From Sulfurospirillum sp. (GTDB lineage: Bacteria > Campylobacterota > Campylobacteria > Campylobacterales > Sulfurospirillaceae): DNA of 64,000 nt. A program made the translations under genes and the position numbers. This document shows positions 8,234 through 19,795 of this stretch, piece after piece (position 1 is the stretch's first letter; each line of letters opens with the position of its first letter). Below the pieces are notes generated by a model, which made no database searches, had not been told where the DNA came from, and worked only from the letters and a program-made list of their open reading frames with translations. The DNA lies in contig JASFYR010000019.1 in assembly GCA_045047115.1 (NCBI GenBank), forward strand, positions 1 through 64,000, read 5' to 3'.

Positions 8234-10654
8234 ATGCAACTTGATAACTACAACCAATTTCCCACAACTCTGCCTATACTTGTGGAGGACAATCTTTTTT
8301 TATACCCCTTTATGATTTCACCGATTTTTTTGTCGGATGTTGATAATCTTGAAGCTATAAATGATGCGTTGGAAAACAACTCTTTGATTATGATCTGCTC
8401 TTCAAAACCCGGAAATGAAGGAGAGAGAGATTTTAGCTCGATTTATCATTCCGGAGTGATAGGCTCTATCATGAGAAAGGTAGAGCTACCTGACGGAAGA
8501 GTAAAAGTTCTCTTTCAGGGTATGCTTAAGGGCAGGATTGTTGAGGAAGTTGGAAGCAAGCCTTTGAGAGCTATCGTTGATGTGATAAAAAGCGTAAGTT
8601 TACATTCACAAAAAAGCGAGGCAATGCTGGCTCTTTTAAAAGAGAAGATAAATATACTCTCAAGAATCAGCGGTTATTTTCCGCCTGATTTACTCAAAAC
8701 CATAGAGGAAAACACAGATGCACATAGGATTTGTGATCTGGTGGCAAGTAGTATGAAACTCAAAAAAGAGAGTGCGATTGAGCTTTTTGTCTTAGAAGAT
8801 GAGGAGGAGAGGCTACTAAAACTTATAGAGTTTATTTTGGCCGAGATAGAAACAAGTAAGCTACAAAAAGAGATAAAAAACAAGGCACATTCACAGATAG
8901 ACAAGATAAATAAAGAGTACTTTCTAAAAGAGCAGTTAAGGCAGATACAAAAAGAGCTGGGGACTGACAATCAAAGAGATGAAGAGATAGAGGAGTATCG
9001 CCAAAAGCTTGAAGCCAAGAAAAGATACATGAGTGAAGATGCCTATAAAGAGATATCAAAGCAAATAGATAAACTTTCAAGAATGCACCCTGATTCGAGT
9101 GATGCGAGTATGATACAGAGTTATCTTGACTGGGTGATAGAGATACCATTTGAAAAAGTGGCAAAGAAAAAACTCGACATTCTTGATGTCAGGGCACAAC
9201 TTGATCGTGATCATTACTCTCTTGAAAAACCAAAAGAGCGCATTGAAGAGTATTTTGCAGTTAGGGAATTGATAGCCAAAAGAGGCATAAAAGATAAAAA
9301 TGCAAAAGGTGCAATTTTATGTTTTGCAGGACCTCCGGGAGTGGGGAAAACTTCACTTGCCAATTCTATCGCAACCGCACTTAAAAGAGAGCTCATCCGT
9401 ATAGCTTTGGGTGGACTTGAAGATGTAAATGAGTTAAGAGGGCATAGAAGAACTTATATCGGTGCTATGCCAGGCCGTATAGTTCAAGGTCTCATAGAAG
9501 CAAAAGAGATGAATCCGGTTGTGGTTTTGGATGAGATAGATAAAGTCTCAAGAAGTTATCGCGGTGATCCTACTGCTGTTTTGTTGGAGATTTTGGACCC
9601 TGAGCAGAACAATAAATTTAGAGACTATTATCTAAATTTTAATCTGGACTTGAGTAAGGTTATATTTATCGCAACTGCCAATGATATAGGCTCGATTCCA
9701 GCACCTCTGAGAGACAGGATGGAGTTTATATTTTTAAACTCATACACTCCTCAAGAAAAGTATGAGATAGCAAAAAAGTATCTCTTGCCTCAAGAGTTAA
9801 AGAAGCACGGACTAAAAAATTCTGAAGTCTCTATCACAAAAGCCACCCTAGAGAAGATAATCTCAAACTATACCAGAGAGTCAGGAGTAAGAAATCTTAG
9901 AAGAAGACTGGCTGAAGTATTGCGAAAATGTGCAAAAGAGCTTTTGGTTAATCCCTCTATCAAAAAGATAACTATAAGCCAAAAAAATATAAAAGAGTAT
10001 CTTGAAAAGACAATTTTTGAGATTGAAGAGAAAGACAAGGAAGATCATATAGGTCAGGTGAATGGACTTGCATGGACCAGTGTCGGTGGAGATGTGCTAA
10101 AAATTGAAGCTATCAAGATACAGGGAAAAGGGCTCCTTCAGTTGACTGGTTCTTTGGGTGATGTTATGAAAGAGTCGGCCAGGATAGCTCAAAGTGTCGT
10201 GAAAGTCTTGATAGATAACAAAAAACTGGAAATTCCTCTGCCTATAATACCGAAATCTCCAAAAGATAAAGATGGATCGACTCCAAAAGTTACCCCAAGT
10301 GATGTATATAGAAGATTTGATTTGCATATACATGTACCCGAAGGCGCAACGCCAAAAGATGGACCGAGTGCCGGTATCACTATGGCAACAGCCATTGCCT
10401 CTATACTCTCAAATAAAAAGGTAAAGAGTGATGTGGCGATGACTGGTGAACTCACACTTAGTGGTAAGATTTTGCCAATAGGAGGATTGAAAGAGAAGCT
10501 AATTGCAGCATTTAAAGCCAAGATAAAAACAGTGTTGATTCCTAAGAAAAATTATGAACGTGATTTGGATGATATTCCCAATGAGGTAAAAGAAAAAATG
10601 GAATTTATCCCTGTTAGCAGGATTGAGGAAGTTTTAAAACACGCACTTGTGTAA
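8234..10654 (+). CDS. lon: ATP-dependent protease La
   Basis: GPPGVGKTS Walker [21 protein letters not shown] catalytic Ser, PIGGLKEK. Confidence 0.98.
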   Translation: MQLDNYNQFPTTLPILVEDNLFLYPFMISPIFLSDVDNLEAINDALENNSLIMICSSKPGNEGERDFSSIYHSGVIGSIMRKVELPDGRVKVLFQGMLKGRIVEEVGSKPLRAIVDVIKSVSLHSQKSEAMLALLKEKINILSRISGYFPPDLLKTIEENTDAHRICDLVASSMKLKKESAIELFVLEDEEERLLKLIEFILAEIETSKLQKEIKNKAHSQIDKINKEYFLKEQLRQIQKELGTDNQRDEEIEEYRQKLEAKKRYMSEDAYKEISKQIDKLSRMHPDSSDASMIQSYLDWVIEIPFEKVAKKKLDILDVRAQLDRDHYSLEKPKERIEEYFAVRELIAKRGIKDKNAKGAILCFAGPPGVGKTSLANSIATALKRELIRIALGGLEDVNELRGHRRTYIGAMPGRIVQGLIEAKEMNPVVVLDEIDKVSRSYRGDPTAVLLEILDPEQNNKFRDYYLNFNLDLSKVIFIATANDIGSIPAPLRDRMEFIFLNSYTPQEKYEIAKKYLLPQELKKHGLKNSEVSITKATLEKIISNYTRESGVRNLRRRLAEVLRKCAKELLVNPSIKKITISQKNIKEYLEKTIFEIEEKDKEDHIGQVNGLAWTSVGGDVLKIEAIKIQGKGLLQLTGSLGDVMKESARIAQSVVKVLIDNKKLEIPLPIIPKSPKDKDGSTPKVTPSDVYRRFDLHIHVPEGATPKDGPSAGITMATAIASILSNKKVKSDVAMTGELTLSGKILPIGGLKEKLIAAFKAKIKTVLIPKKNYERDLDDIPNEVKEKMEFIPVSRIEEVLKHALV

Positions 10655-10670
10655 GGTGCGTGTTTTTTTT
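10636..10670. terminator. Probable bidirectional intrinsic terminator between lon and rpsR
   Basis: AAAACACGCAC...GTGCGTGTTTT stem followed by a T-run. Confidence 0.7.
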
Positions 10671-10673
10671 GAT

Positions 10674-10940
10674 TTATTGATTTAGTAAATCAAATGGTGT
10701 GGCAATAACTTGTTTTGTATTGACTACATAAGGAATCAACGCAGCAGCTCTTGCTCTTTTGATAGTGAGCTCTACCATCTCTTGATGTCTTTTGCAGTTT
10801 CCTGTAAGACGACGAGGCATGATCTTGTATCTTTCAGAGAGTGAATGTTTTAGCATTTTTGTCTCTTTATAGTCCATAAACTCTATCTTTGCTTCACAGT
10901 ATTTGCAATACTTTCTTGCATATTTTCTTTTTTCAGCCAT
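10674..10940 (-). CDS. rpsR: 30S ribosomal protein S18
   Basis: [27 protein letters not shown]. Confidence 0.97.
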   Translation of the reverse strand: MAEKRKYARKYCKYCEAKIEFMDYKETKMLKHSLSERYKIMPRRLTGNCKRHQEMVELTIKRARAAALIPYVVNTKQVIATPFDLLNQ

Positions 10941-10958
10941 TTTTTTATCCTTTATATT

Positions 10959-11444
10959 CTAGAACGGTATCTCATCTTCATCGATGTCGATATCTGGTAT
11001 ATTGTCACTTTGTTGTTGTACAGCAGGTTGTTTATAACTATTTTGTTGATTGTCATTGTTGTTATTGTGGTTTGAGCCTGATTGTGGATTTTGATTGTAT
11101 CCACTGCTCTCATTTGATCCTTTGGAATCAAGCATTTGCATACTGTCAACTACGACAGAATGTTTGCTTCTTTTTCCGCCATTTTGGTCAGTCCACTGAT
11201 CTAATTTCAATCTTCCTTCAACCAGAATTTTTTTCCCTCGTCTCAAGTATTGATTTGCTACCTCTGCGGTTCTACCAAAAAAAGTGATATCCACGAAGCA
11301 GACCTCTTCACCGGCACTGCCGTCTTGTTTTTTGAACTTTCGATTTGTTGCTATTCCGGTTGTGCAGACTGCACCGCCATTTGGCATATATCTAAGCTCA
11401 GGATCTCTTGTGAGGTTACCAACTAAAATTATTCTGTTGTACAT
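10959..11444 (-). CDS. ssb: Single-stranded DNA-binding protein
   Basis: NRIILVGNLTRDPELRY, VEGRL, C-terminal DEDEIPF. Confidence 0.98.
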   Translation of the reverse strand: MYNRIILVGNLTRDPELRYMPNGGAVCTTGIATNRKFKKQDGSAGEEVCFVDITFFGRTAEVANQYLRRGKKILVEGRLKLDQWTDQNGGKRSKHSVVVDSMQMLDSKGSNESSGYNQNPQSGSNHNNNNDNQQNSYKQPAVQQQSDNIPDIDIDEDEIPF

Positions 11445-11458
11445 TGTGACTCCTTTGC

Positions 11459-11935
11459 CTACTCTTGTGTAGTTTTGGCAACTTCAGCTTCTACTTGGGT
11501 TTGCGTAGATACTACTTCTTGCGCTACTAGATCTTCAGTTGTTGTTTCTTTTGGAGAAACTTCTTCTAAAGTCTCTTCAACTCTGACAACTTCTTCTATT
11601 TTCGGAGCAAATTTTTCTACCTGCTTATTCCAGTATGCCATCTCTTTTTGATTTTCATACTTGACACTCATAAATCTGATGAATTCTTCAGTGATACGAA
11701 TAAGTCTCTCAACCTCAATGATAGCACTGGTAGGGGCTGTGAAGTAGAACACACTGTAGTATCCGCGTTCTAATTTTTGGATAGGATATGCAAGTCTTCT
11801 TGTTCCCATTTCTTGAAATGCTGCGATTTGTGCACCATTTTTCTCTAAAATTTCTTTTAAGAAATTTACCTTTGCCTTTGTCTCTTCTTCTGTGAGAGTA
11901 GGCTTGAGTACTGTCAGCAACTCATAATGTCGCAT
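11459..11935 (-). CDS. rpsF: 30S ribosomal protein S6 (acidic C-terminal extension)
   Basis: [20 protein letters not shown]. Confidence 0.97.
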   Translation of the reverse strand: MRHYELLTVLKPTLTEEETKAKVNFLKEILEKNGAQIAAFQEMGTRRLAYPIQKLERGYYSVFYFTAPTSAIIEVERLIRITEEFIRFMSVKYENQKEMAYWNKQVEKFAPKIEEVVRVEETLEEVSPKETTTEDLVAQEVVSTQTQVEAEVAKTTQE

Positions 11936-11940
11936 GTTTT

Positions 11941-11975
11941 CTCCTTGTGGTTTTCACCCATAACTGAGTAAGGAT
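11941..11975 (-). promoter_or_regulatory. Putative S6:S18 ribosomal-protein leader RNA
   Basis: Minus strand UCCUU[ACUCA-GUUA-UGGGU]GAAAACCAC-AAGGAG: anti-SD pairs with SD, and a CC-containing internal loop lies directly 5' of rpsF. Confidence 0.55.
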
Positions 11976-12014
11976 GTTATTTTCTGAACTAAACAGTTCA
12001 AGAGCGCGATTATA

Positions 12015-13001
12015 CTACAATAAACTTTGAAGTTTTATTAAGGTGGAGAGTAGTAGAGAATTTTTGTCTAAATTTTGTACTTTTTTTAGTTTAAATTCGC
12101 TTTGGAGCAGAAGTGAAAACATCTCATTATATGTTTTTGTGTCAAACATCATACAAAGTCTGGAGCGTTCCTGTACGATGGCAGGAGGAAGGGGGTACCC
12201 TAGAACTGCTCTTGCATCAAAACTTCCGTTGATTTTTATGTAACTGTAAAATAGAAAAAGTTGAGAGATGTATGACTCTATGGCATTGATGATTCTTATC
12301 TCATCCGCACTTCCCAGTTCCATAAGCCTTGAGTAAGTTTCTCTTATATCTTTTTTTTGCAAAAGTTCATAGATAAAGCCGTCCATACCTATACTTCCTA
12401 ACCCATATATGAGTCTATCTATATCAAAAATATCTATCTCTTTATCTAAAATATTGAGTTTTTCCAGATCATTCATACAGAGAGATATATCTTCGTTTTG
12501 AAGTTGGTAGAGATGAGAGAGTGCATATCCGCCTATGTTTAGTTCTATCTCTTTTGCTCTATTTTGCAATAAAAATATAGCTTCGCTATGATTTGGTTTA
12601 AAAAATCTGACAAAATTTGCACTCTTTTTAGGTGAAAAAGCTTTTGCTATATTTTTTGCCTTTGAGTCGTCTCCGAAAAATTGGAATAGAAAGTGATTTG
12701 TATCGTTTTTGTAAGCCAGTTCTATCAAGACATCAAGCTCTTTTTTTACTATGGTTTTGTCTGTTTTGATGATGAGTACATTTCTATCACCGAAAAGAGA
12801 TGATTGAGAGAGAAAGCTTTTTGCTAAGCCAAAATTATACTCGTCATAATAAAGTAACAGTTTCTCTTCAGGTAAAGCTTTGAGATTTTGAAGTATTTTC
12901 TCTCCAAAAAAGTTGTTTTGATAAAAACAAGACCCATATAAAAGTAGTGATTTTGGAAGCTTTAAGTTATTTAATTGATTTTCAAATTCTCTTTTATACA
13001 T
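12015..13001 (-). CDS. holA: DNA polymerase III subunit delta
   Basis: MYKREF, LLLYG, QSSLFG, NDLEKL motifs; follows rnr. Confidence 0.85.
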   Translation of the reverse strand: MYKREFENQLNNLKLPKSLLLYGSCFYQNNFFGEKILQNLKALPEEKLLLYYDEYNFGLAKSFLSQSSLFGDRNVLIIKTDKTIVKKELDVLIELAYKNDTNHFLFQFFGDDSKAKNIAKAFSPKKSANFVRFFKPNHSEAIFLLQNRAKEIELNIGGYALSHLYQLQNEDISLCMNDLEKLNILDKEIDIFDIDRLIYGLGSIGMDGFIYELLQKKDIRETYSRLMELGSADEIRIINAIESYISQLFLFYSYIKINGSFDARAVLGYPLPPAIVQERSRLCMMFDTKTYNEMFSLLLQSEFKLKKVQNLDKNSLLLSTLIKLQSLL

Positions 13002-14937
13002 CTCTTTGAACTACCTTGGCGTAAATTTTTGAAGTTGGTATGTCTGCCTCGACAATTTTAACCAAAACTCTCTCAAAGAGTTCTAAATCATCATCAAGCA
13101 AAAATAGTCTCGCCCCTTTTATCTCATCATCCAGTTTTGCGATTGTGCTCTTTTGTACTCCCGTTACTATAGCCTCAAAATCCTCGCCTATATGTAGAGC
13201 TGCCCATCTGGTATATTTTCTATCCATATAGTCCCATGCAACTCTGTCACTCTCTCTTTCAAGTGTGCTGATATCTTCACAAATTTTATCTATATTTTCG
13301 AGCAAGAAGTTAAATCTCTTTTTATTGCCTTTTTTATCAGCCTTGAGCAGCCTGTGAAGGACTAAGTCGCTATATCTTCTGATTGGGGAGGTAAAGTGCG
13401 TATATGAGTCAAATCCCAGTCCAAAGTGACCTCTGTTTTGGGATTCGTATTTTGCTTTTTTTTGAGATCTTATAATGAGCTTGTCAACCTCTTCTCTAAT
13501 CTCCAACTTATCTGCTTTGACTTGTATATTTCTTATCATTTTTGGGATATCATTTATAAAATCAACCTCAATTCCTATAAGCGTAAGGTTGTTTAGAAGG
13601 TCTTGAAGCTTGTCATAAGTCGGGTCATCATGGGTTCTGAATATCCCCCTCTCTATCCTTTTTGATGCAGCTTTGTTTGCCAAAAGCATACAGTCTTCTA
13701 TGAGTCCATGAGAGGGTGTTTCGCTCTCAACTCTTGTGGAAATAAGGTTTTGATTATCATCTAGCTGCATTCTGATTTCAGCCGATCTAAACTCAAATCC
13801 ACTTTTTAATCTTATCTCTCTTAGCCTTTTTGTAGTTTCAAAAAGAGGTAGTAAAAATTTTAATATCTCTTTATCCGTATCGTCTGTATCCCTTAAATCA
13901 TTTTGTAAAAACAGATCTATCTGGTCGTAGTTATATCTTTTTTTAGAGTTTATGATGCCATCAATCAACTCCTCTTTGAGGGGTTTTAGAGTTTTTTTGT
14001 CGAGTTTTATCTTGAATACAAAAGCAAGTCTGTTAACATTTGGCTTGAGTGAGCAGATATTTTCACTCAGAGTTCTTGGAAGCATTGGTATGGATTTGTG
14101 TGGAAAATATATAGAAAATCCTCTTTCTCTTGCCTCTTTGTCTATATGCCCCATCTCATAGACATATTCACTCACATCTGCTATGGCAACATATATTGTA
14201 TAGCTCTCTTTGTCAAAGTAGATAGCATCATCAAAATCTTTTGCGTCTATGGGATCTATAGTGCAAAAGGGAAGGTTTGTCAAGTCAACTCTATCCCCAT
14301 ATAGGGACTTATCTACCCAGTTACCTTGAGCTTTTGCTTCTGCCTCGCTCTCATCGCTGAAAGATTCTTTTTTGTCATAAAGTGCCAAAGAGATTTTTTC
14401 ATCCACTTTTGCATCATCCATAACTCCTAAAACTTCTACTATATTGTTTGTTTCATTGTCTATTTTTAGGACTGCGCCAAGAGGAAGCCGTCTTAGTGAC
14501 TTCTGTGATGCTGTGATGTTTAGTGTCAGTGTGGTTGAGAGATTTATGCCTACTATCTTATTTTGCTGAATCTTTGTATATACTACACTAAAGTTATTTT
14601 CTCTTTGAAGAACTAAGATAACTTTTGCTTTTGCTCTGGTTTTTGCTTTGGTAAAAACTCTCCTTGCAAGGACTATGTCGCCTCTGTTTGCACCTTGTAG
14701 ATTAGCCGATTCTACAAGTAAGTCTTTGTCTTGATCATTAGCAAAAACTTTCAAAAACCCTGTCCCGCTTTGAGCTATATCTATCGTACCTATTTTGTAT
14801 TTTTTATCTAATTTATAGCCATTTGAAAGTTTTTTCAAAGCCTTTTGTCTTATAAGAGTGTTGATAAGAGGCTGAAAATCAAGCGGAATCTCTTTTTCAA
14901 GAGAGCCTAAAGCTAATTTTTGGAGAAATTCTTTCAA
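12994..14937 (-). CDS. rnr: Ribonuclease R (RNB family)
   Basis: TIDPIDAKDFDDA, HFGLGF..YTHFTSPIRRYSDL. Confidence 0.93.
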   Translation of the reverse strand: MKEFLQKLALGSLEKEIPLDFQPLINTLIRQKALKKLSNGYKLDKKYKIGTIDIAQSGTGFLKVFANDQDKDLLVESANLQGANRGDIVLARRVFTKAKTRAKAKVILVLQRENNFSVVYTKIQQNKIVGINLSTTLTLNITASQKSLRRLPLGAVLKIDNETNNIVEVLGVMDDAKVDEKISLALYDKKESFSDESEAEAKAQGNWVDKSLYGDRVDLTNLPFCTIDPIDAKDFDDAIYFDKESYTIYVAIADVSEYVYEMGHIDKEARERGFSIYFPHKSIPMLPRTLSENICSLKPNVNRLAFVFKIKLDKKTLKPLKEELIDGIINSKKRYNYDQIDLFLQNDLRDTDDTDKEILKFLLPLFETTKRLREIRLKSGFEFRSAEIRMQLDDNQNLISTRVESETPSHGLIEDCMLLANKAASKRIERGIFRTHDDPTYDKLQDLLNNLTLIGIEVDFINDIPKMIRNIQVKADKLEIREEVDKLIIRSQKKAKYESQNRGHFGLGFDSYTHFTSPIRRYSDLVLHRLLKADKKGNKKRFNFLLENIDKICEDISTLERESDRVAWDYMDRKYTRWAALHIGEDFEAIVTGVQKSTIAKLDDEIKGARLFLLDDDLELFERVLVKIVEADIPTSKIYAKVVQRDV

Positions 14938-15746
14938 ATATCTAGTTGCTCCAGAGCTTTTTCATAAGATGCAGTATCAAGACCATACTCTTTTATGAGA
15001 TTTATTGAGTTCTCTTTTTGCTTATCTCTTAAAATACCAAATATATTGGCAGAATTTTTCACTACATGCAGAGCTTTTGCAAAACCTAGTATATACTCAC
15101 TGGCTAAAAAAGGTGAATTTGAATACTCTATGGATTCTATCAATTCACTCTCTAGATTCCACTGTTCAAATATTTTGGCCGTTACTACTTCATTTGTAAA
15201 TCCAACCATCTCTATTTCAAGTTTTGCTAGATTTTCCAAACTACTGTCTTGCCTCAATGCTCTTCTAAACTCTTTGTCGTTACCTTGTTCGAGTAATTCA
15301 TGGGATATAATAAGTTTTCCAACTTCCATCATAAAAGATGCAGGCTGCAGTACATCCAGCATAGATCTGTTTACTCTGGAATACCACTTGAACATTAAAA
15401 CACTTTGGACAGTGCTGATGTCTAAAAATTTATGATTATCTATGTCGTATGGTTTTAAATTTATCTTTATATTGTCTTTTATAGCACTTGATAATGCAAA
15501 ACCTCTTATAGTTGCCATGCCAAAAAGAGATATAGCGTGACCTATGTTTTTTATCTCTTTGCTGAAGCCATAAAGAGGGGAATTTGCTGATTTTAATATA
15601 TTGGCTGTAAGCATCGGATCCTTTTCTACTACTTTTACAAGGTCATGCATAGAGCTGTTTTTATCTGTAGAGATTCTTTGTATCATTACAACTGTGTCAT
15701 CGAGTGGAGGAAGAGATCTTATCTTCTTTATAATATTGCTATCCAT
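14934..15746 (-). CDS. Stand-alone HDOD domain protein
   Basis: LPPL, EKDPMLTANILKSANSPLYG, AISLFG, EQWNL. Confidence 0.9.
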   Translation of the reverse strand: MDSNIIKKIRSLPPLDDTVVMIQRISTDKNSSMHDLVKVVEKDPMLTANILKSANSPLYGFSKEIKNIGHAISLFGMATIRGFALSSAIKDNIKINLKPYDIDNHKFLDISTVQSVLMFKWYSRVNRSMLDVLQPASFMMEVGKLIISHELLEQGNDKEFRRALRQDSSLENLAKLEIEMVGFTNEVVTAKIFEQWNLESELIESIEYSNSPFLASEYILGFAKALHVVKNSANIFGILRDKQKENSINLIKEYGLDTASYEKALEQLDI

Positions 15747-15932
15747 TTGTTCACCCTTTTTTAACCGATCTTACGTATTATATCATACCTTCAGCAAACA
15801 AGAAAAGGATATAATGCGCAAGATCAGTTATTTATACATAAGAGTATTCTACTATTTCAAATATTACATATTGCTAAATATGAATTAATAATGCTACAAT
15901 TGAATGGTTAAAAGCTGTGCGCAGGAGGTGAT

Positions 15933-16019
15933 ATGGAACTTTTTTTCAAGCAGTGGTCCCACCAGTGGTTCCACGATGGAGATTGGGCAATATTTGAGAT
16001 TGTCACTCATAACTCATAG
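15933..16019 (+). CDS. Small ORF, 28 aa, Trp/His/Phe-rich (MELFFKQWSHQWFHDGDWAIFEIVTHNS)
   Basis: SD AGGAGGTG; extended -10 TGCTACAAT at 15892-15900; locally GC-richer than its flanks. Confidence 0.55.
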   Translation: MELFFKQWSHQWFHDGDWAIFEIVTHNS

Positions 16020-16063
16020 TCAGTTATTATTAAAGACATTTTAGATAGAATAGCCAAAATTAA

Positions 16064-17104
<1,041 letters not shown>

Positions 17105-17111
17105 AGATTTT

Positions 17112-17139
17112 CTGCCAAGCAAATCTCTTTGCTTGGCAG
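17112..17139 (+). terminator. Hairpin after ilvC
   Basis: CTGCCAAGCAAA-TCTC-TTTGCTTGGCAG, perfect 12-bp stem; weak U-tail. Confidence 0.6.
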
Positions 17140-17157
17140 GTTAAATATTGGATAAAA

Positions 17158-18246
17158 TTGGCTCATAAAAAAAGAAAAACTACTAAAAGACATTTAAAAA
17201 AAAGAGATAAAAAATCTGCCATTAAAAACAGACTTTTTTTTACTGCAACTTTTTTGATACTGCTTTTTCTGGGTTTTGGATATTATAATTATTTTGCAAA
17301 TACGAAACATAGTCCTCAGGCAAAAAAAACAGACCTTAGTGATCAAAAATCTACAAGAGAGTTGATGGACAAGATGAAAAAGATGCTCGAAGCCCAGAGT
17401 ATCCTACTAAAAACAGAGAAAAAAAACAGAGTTATTGCCCAAAAAACTCTTCTCAAAAAAACAACTGATAAAAAAATCATAGAGAAAAAAAGAGAAAAAA
17501 AGGAGATCAAGCAAAACTATCTCTCAGAGATACATGATTATGAAAAGAGTTTAAAATATACTAAAATCAAAGAGAAGGTTATCAAAAAGATTGCAAATTA
17601 TCAAGGGAAACCAAAACTTGCTATCATCATTGACGATGTCTCTTTTTTATATCAAGTTAAGCAAATAAAAAAAATACCCTTTAAAATCACCCCTTCTTTT
17701 TTTCCTCCGACAAAGATACACCCAGATACTGTAAAACTCTCTCATATCTTTAAATTTGCTATGATCCACCTACCGCTGGAAGCTATGGGTTATATGCACC
17801 CAGAGCCCAAGACCTTGCTTGCAAACAGCTCTAAAAAAGAGATTGAGGCTAGAATTGATGAGATAAAAAAAGAGTTTCCGCAAATTCATTACTATAACAA
17901 TCATACCGGTAGCAAGTTTACTTCAAATCCAAAAGCAATGCAGTATCTTATATCATATATGAAAGATAAAAATCTGCATTTCGTCGATAGCAGAACTACT
18001 GCAGCAACAAAAGCGGGGGTTGTTAGTAGAGCCCTACATGTAAGACTTCTCTCAAGAGATATATTTTTAGATAATGTTGCAAAACCAAAGGAGATATTAG
18101 AGCAGTTGAAAAAAGCTGTAAAGATGGCAAAGAAAAGTGGATACGCCATAGCGATAGGCCACCCGCATAAAAACACTTTGAAAACATTACTTGGTGCAAA
18201 GAGATATCTTAAAGATGTCCAAATGGTATATGTAGACGAATTATGA
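17158..18246 (+). CDS. Divergent polysaccharide deacetylase family protein
   Basis: N-terminal TM, KLAIIIDD, MIHLPLE, NNHTGS, FVDSRT, RDIFLDN, AIAIGHP. Confidence 0.9.
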   Translation: MAHKKRKTTKRHLKKRDKKSAIKNRLFFTATFLILLFLGFGYYNYFANTKHSPQAKKTDLSDQKSTRELMDKMKKMLEAQSILLKTEKKNRVIAQKTLLKKTTDKKIIEKKREKKEIKQNYLSEIHDYEKSLKYTKIKEKVIKKIANYQGKPKLAIIIDDVSFLYQVKQIKKIPFKITPSFFPPTKIHPDTVKLSHIFKFAMIHLPLEAMGYMHPEPKTLLANSSKKEIEARIDEIKKEFPQIHYYNNHTGSKFTSNPKAMQYLISYMKDKNLHFVDSRTTAATKAGVVSRALHVRLLSRDIFLDNVAKPKEILEQLKKAVKMAKKSGYAIAIGHPHKNTLKTLLGAKRYLKDVQMVYVDEL

Positions 18247-19004
18247 AAAAGCTTGATTATGATATAGAGGAGTTTAATCACCTTAAAGACAGACCAAAAG
18301 AGATCTATTTTAAGGGAGATCTTTCTCTTTTAAAAAAGACAAAAGTTTCCATAGTTGGGACAAGACACCCCATCTCATATACAAAAATGTTTTGCTTAAA
18401 ACTGGGAAATGCTCTTAAAAAAAGAGGTGTTTGTATAGTAAGTGGTGGTGCTATGGGAGTAGATGCCCTGGCGCATAAATCATCATTTCCAAATACTATA
18501 GGCGTAATGGCAAACTCCTTGGATGTAGTCTATCCAAAAGTAAACTATTCACTTATAAAATCTATGGAAAAAGATTCTCTTGTCTTAAGTGAATATCACA
18601 AAAATACTCCGGCAACCAGATACAGCTTTGTCTTAAGAAACAGACTCGTTGTCACTCTTGGTGAAGTTTTAGTTGTTGCCCAGGCAGATCTGAACAGCGG
18701 CTCCATGAGAAGTGTAGAGTTAGCCTTGAAATATGGAAAAAAGATATTTGTTTTTCCTCACCGCCTGGAGGATTCACCAGGTACAAATCAGCTTTTGCAA
18801 GATGGTTTGGCAACAGCCATATACGACATTGATTCTTTTGCAGATATGTTTGGGAAAGCAGTTTGTCAAAGTGATGAAATTTTGGATTTTTGCAATGTGA
18901 ATAACTCACTTCAAGAAGCCTTGAACAAGTTTGGTGATAAGATTTATGAGTATGAGTTGGAGGGTAAAATATATATAAAAGACATGAGAGTAGTTGTGTC
19001 GTGA
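18243..19004 (+). CDS. dprA: DNA-processing protein DprA
   Basis: SIVGTR, IVSGGAMGVDALAH, LSEY, FVLRNRLV, SGS. Confidence 0.95.
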   Translation: MKKLDYDIEEFNHLKDRPKEIYFKGDLSLLKKTKVSIVGTRHPISYTKMFCLKLGNALKKRGVCIVSGGAMGVDALAHKSSFPNTIGVMANSLDVVYPKVNYSLIKSMEKDSLVLSEYHKNTPATRYSFVLRNRLVVTLGEVLVVAQADLNSGSMRSVELALKYGKKIFVFPHRLEDSPGTNQLLQDGLATAIYDIDSFADMFGKAVCQSDEILDFCNVNNSLQEALNKFGDKIYEYELEGKIYIKDMRVVVS

Positions 19005-19387
19005 GATATGCCTGCATAGATGTCGGATTAAAAAGAGTAGGGATTGCTATATGTTTGGAGTTAGATATAGTAACACCGCAAAATGCTATATTGAGAAAAA
19101 ACAGAAATCAAGCAGCTTTTGAAATTGATAGTTTTTTAAACAAGTGGGAGATTGAGATTCTAGTGGTCGGTATTCCTATGAGTGGAGCCAGTAGCCAAGA
19201 GATGCAAAGACGAATCAAGCATTTTGTTTCTTTGCTGAGGTTTGATAAAAAAATTGTCTTCCAAGATGAATACGCCTCAAGTGTTGAGGCAAAAGAGATG
19301 ATGCAAGGGGTGACAAAACAAAAAAGAGACGGTAAGATTGACTCAATGGCCGCAAAAATTATCTTAGAGAGATTTTTACAAAAATAG
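19001..19387 (+). CDS. ruvX: RuvX/YqgF family nuclease
   Basis: IDVGLKRVGIA, VVGIP, QDEYASS, IDSMAAKIILERFL. Confidence 0.93.
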   Translation: MRYACIDVGLKRVGIAICLELDIVTPQNAILRKNRNQAAFEIDSFLNKWEIEILVVGIPMSGASSQEMQRRIKHFVSLLRFDKKIVFQDEYASSVEAKEMMQGVTKQKRDGKIDSMAAKIILERFLQK

Positions 19388-19502
19388 GTGCTTAAAAGCC
19401 ACTGTAACTTCTCCATTGTGCAGTGGTCTCATTAACTACTTAATCTGGATTTCAAGATTGCTAGGGTATAGTATAGTTGTAAATTGTTTAAAAGGAGTTG
19501 AT

Positions 19503-19784
19503 ATGCAAGTAAATACAAATTCTATAAATGCTCAGTTTGACTGGCTATCAAATAGCTCCAGCAATGTAGCAAATATAAATACAGACGGATATAAAGCCAT
19601 AGATACAGTTTTAAGCAATCAGGGCAAAGATATCATTGCTAATTCAAGCAGAAGTAAACAAGGTGTAAGTCTGGTAAAAGAGCTAAGTGATCAGAATTTG
19701 ATTTCGATCGGTGTTGAGGCAAATGTTAAAGCTATAAATACACAAAACAAGATATTAGGTACTCTTTTGGATATGTTGGTATAG
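19503..19784 (+). CDS. Miniature flagellar basal-body rod/hook-like protein (93 aa)
   Basis: SD AAGGAG and ATG at 19503; SNVANINTDGYK (rod N-motif) joined almost directly to ANVKAINTQNKILGTLLDM (rod C-motif). Confidence 0.75.
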   Translation: MQVNTNSINAQFDWLSNSSSNVANINTDGYKAIDTVLSNQGKDIIANSSRSKQGVSLVKELSDQNLISIGVEANVKAINTQNKILGTLLDMLV

Positions 19785-19795
19785 TTTATATCAGG

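Noticed and set aside
15932..15950. TGGAACTTTTTTT matching the flgH sigma54 -24 box
   Set aside because: The -12 GC is missing (CA instead), and the sequence is the start of the small ORF.
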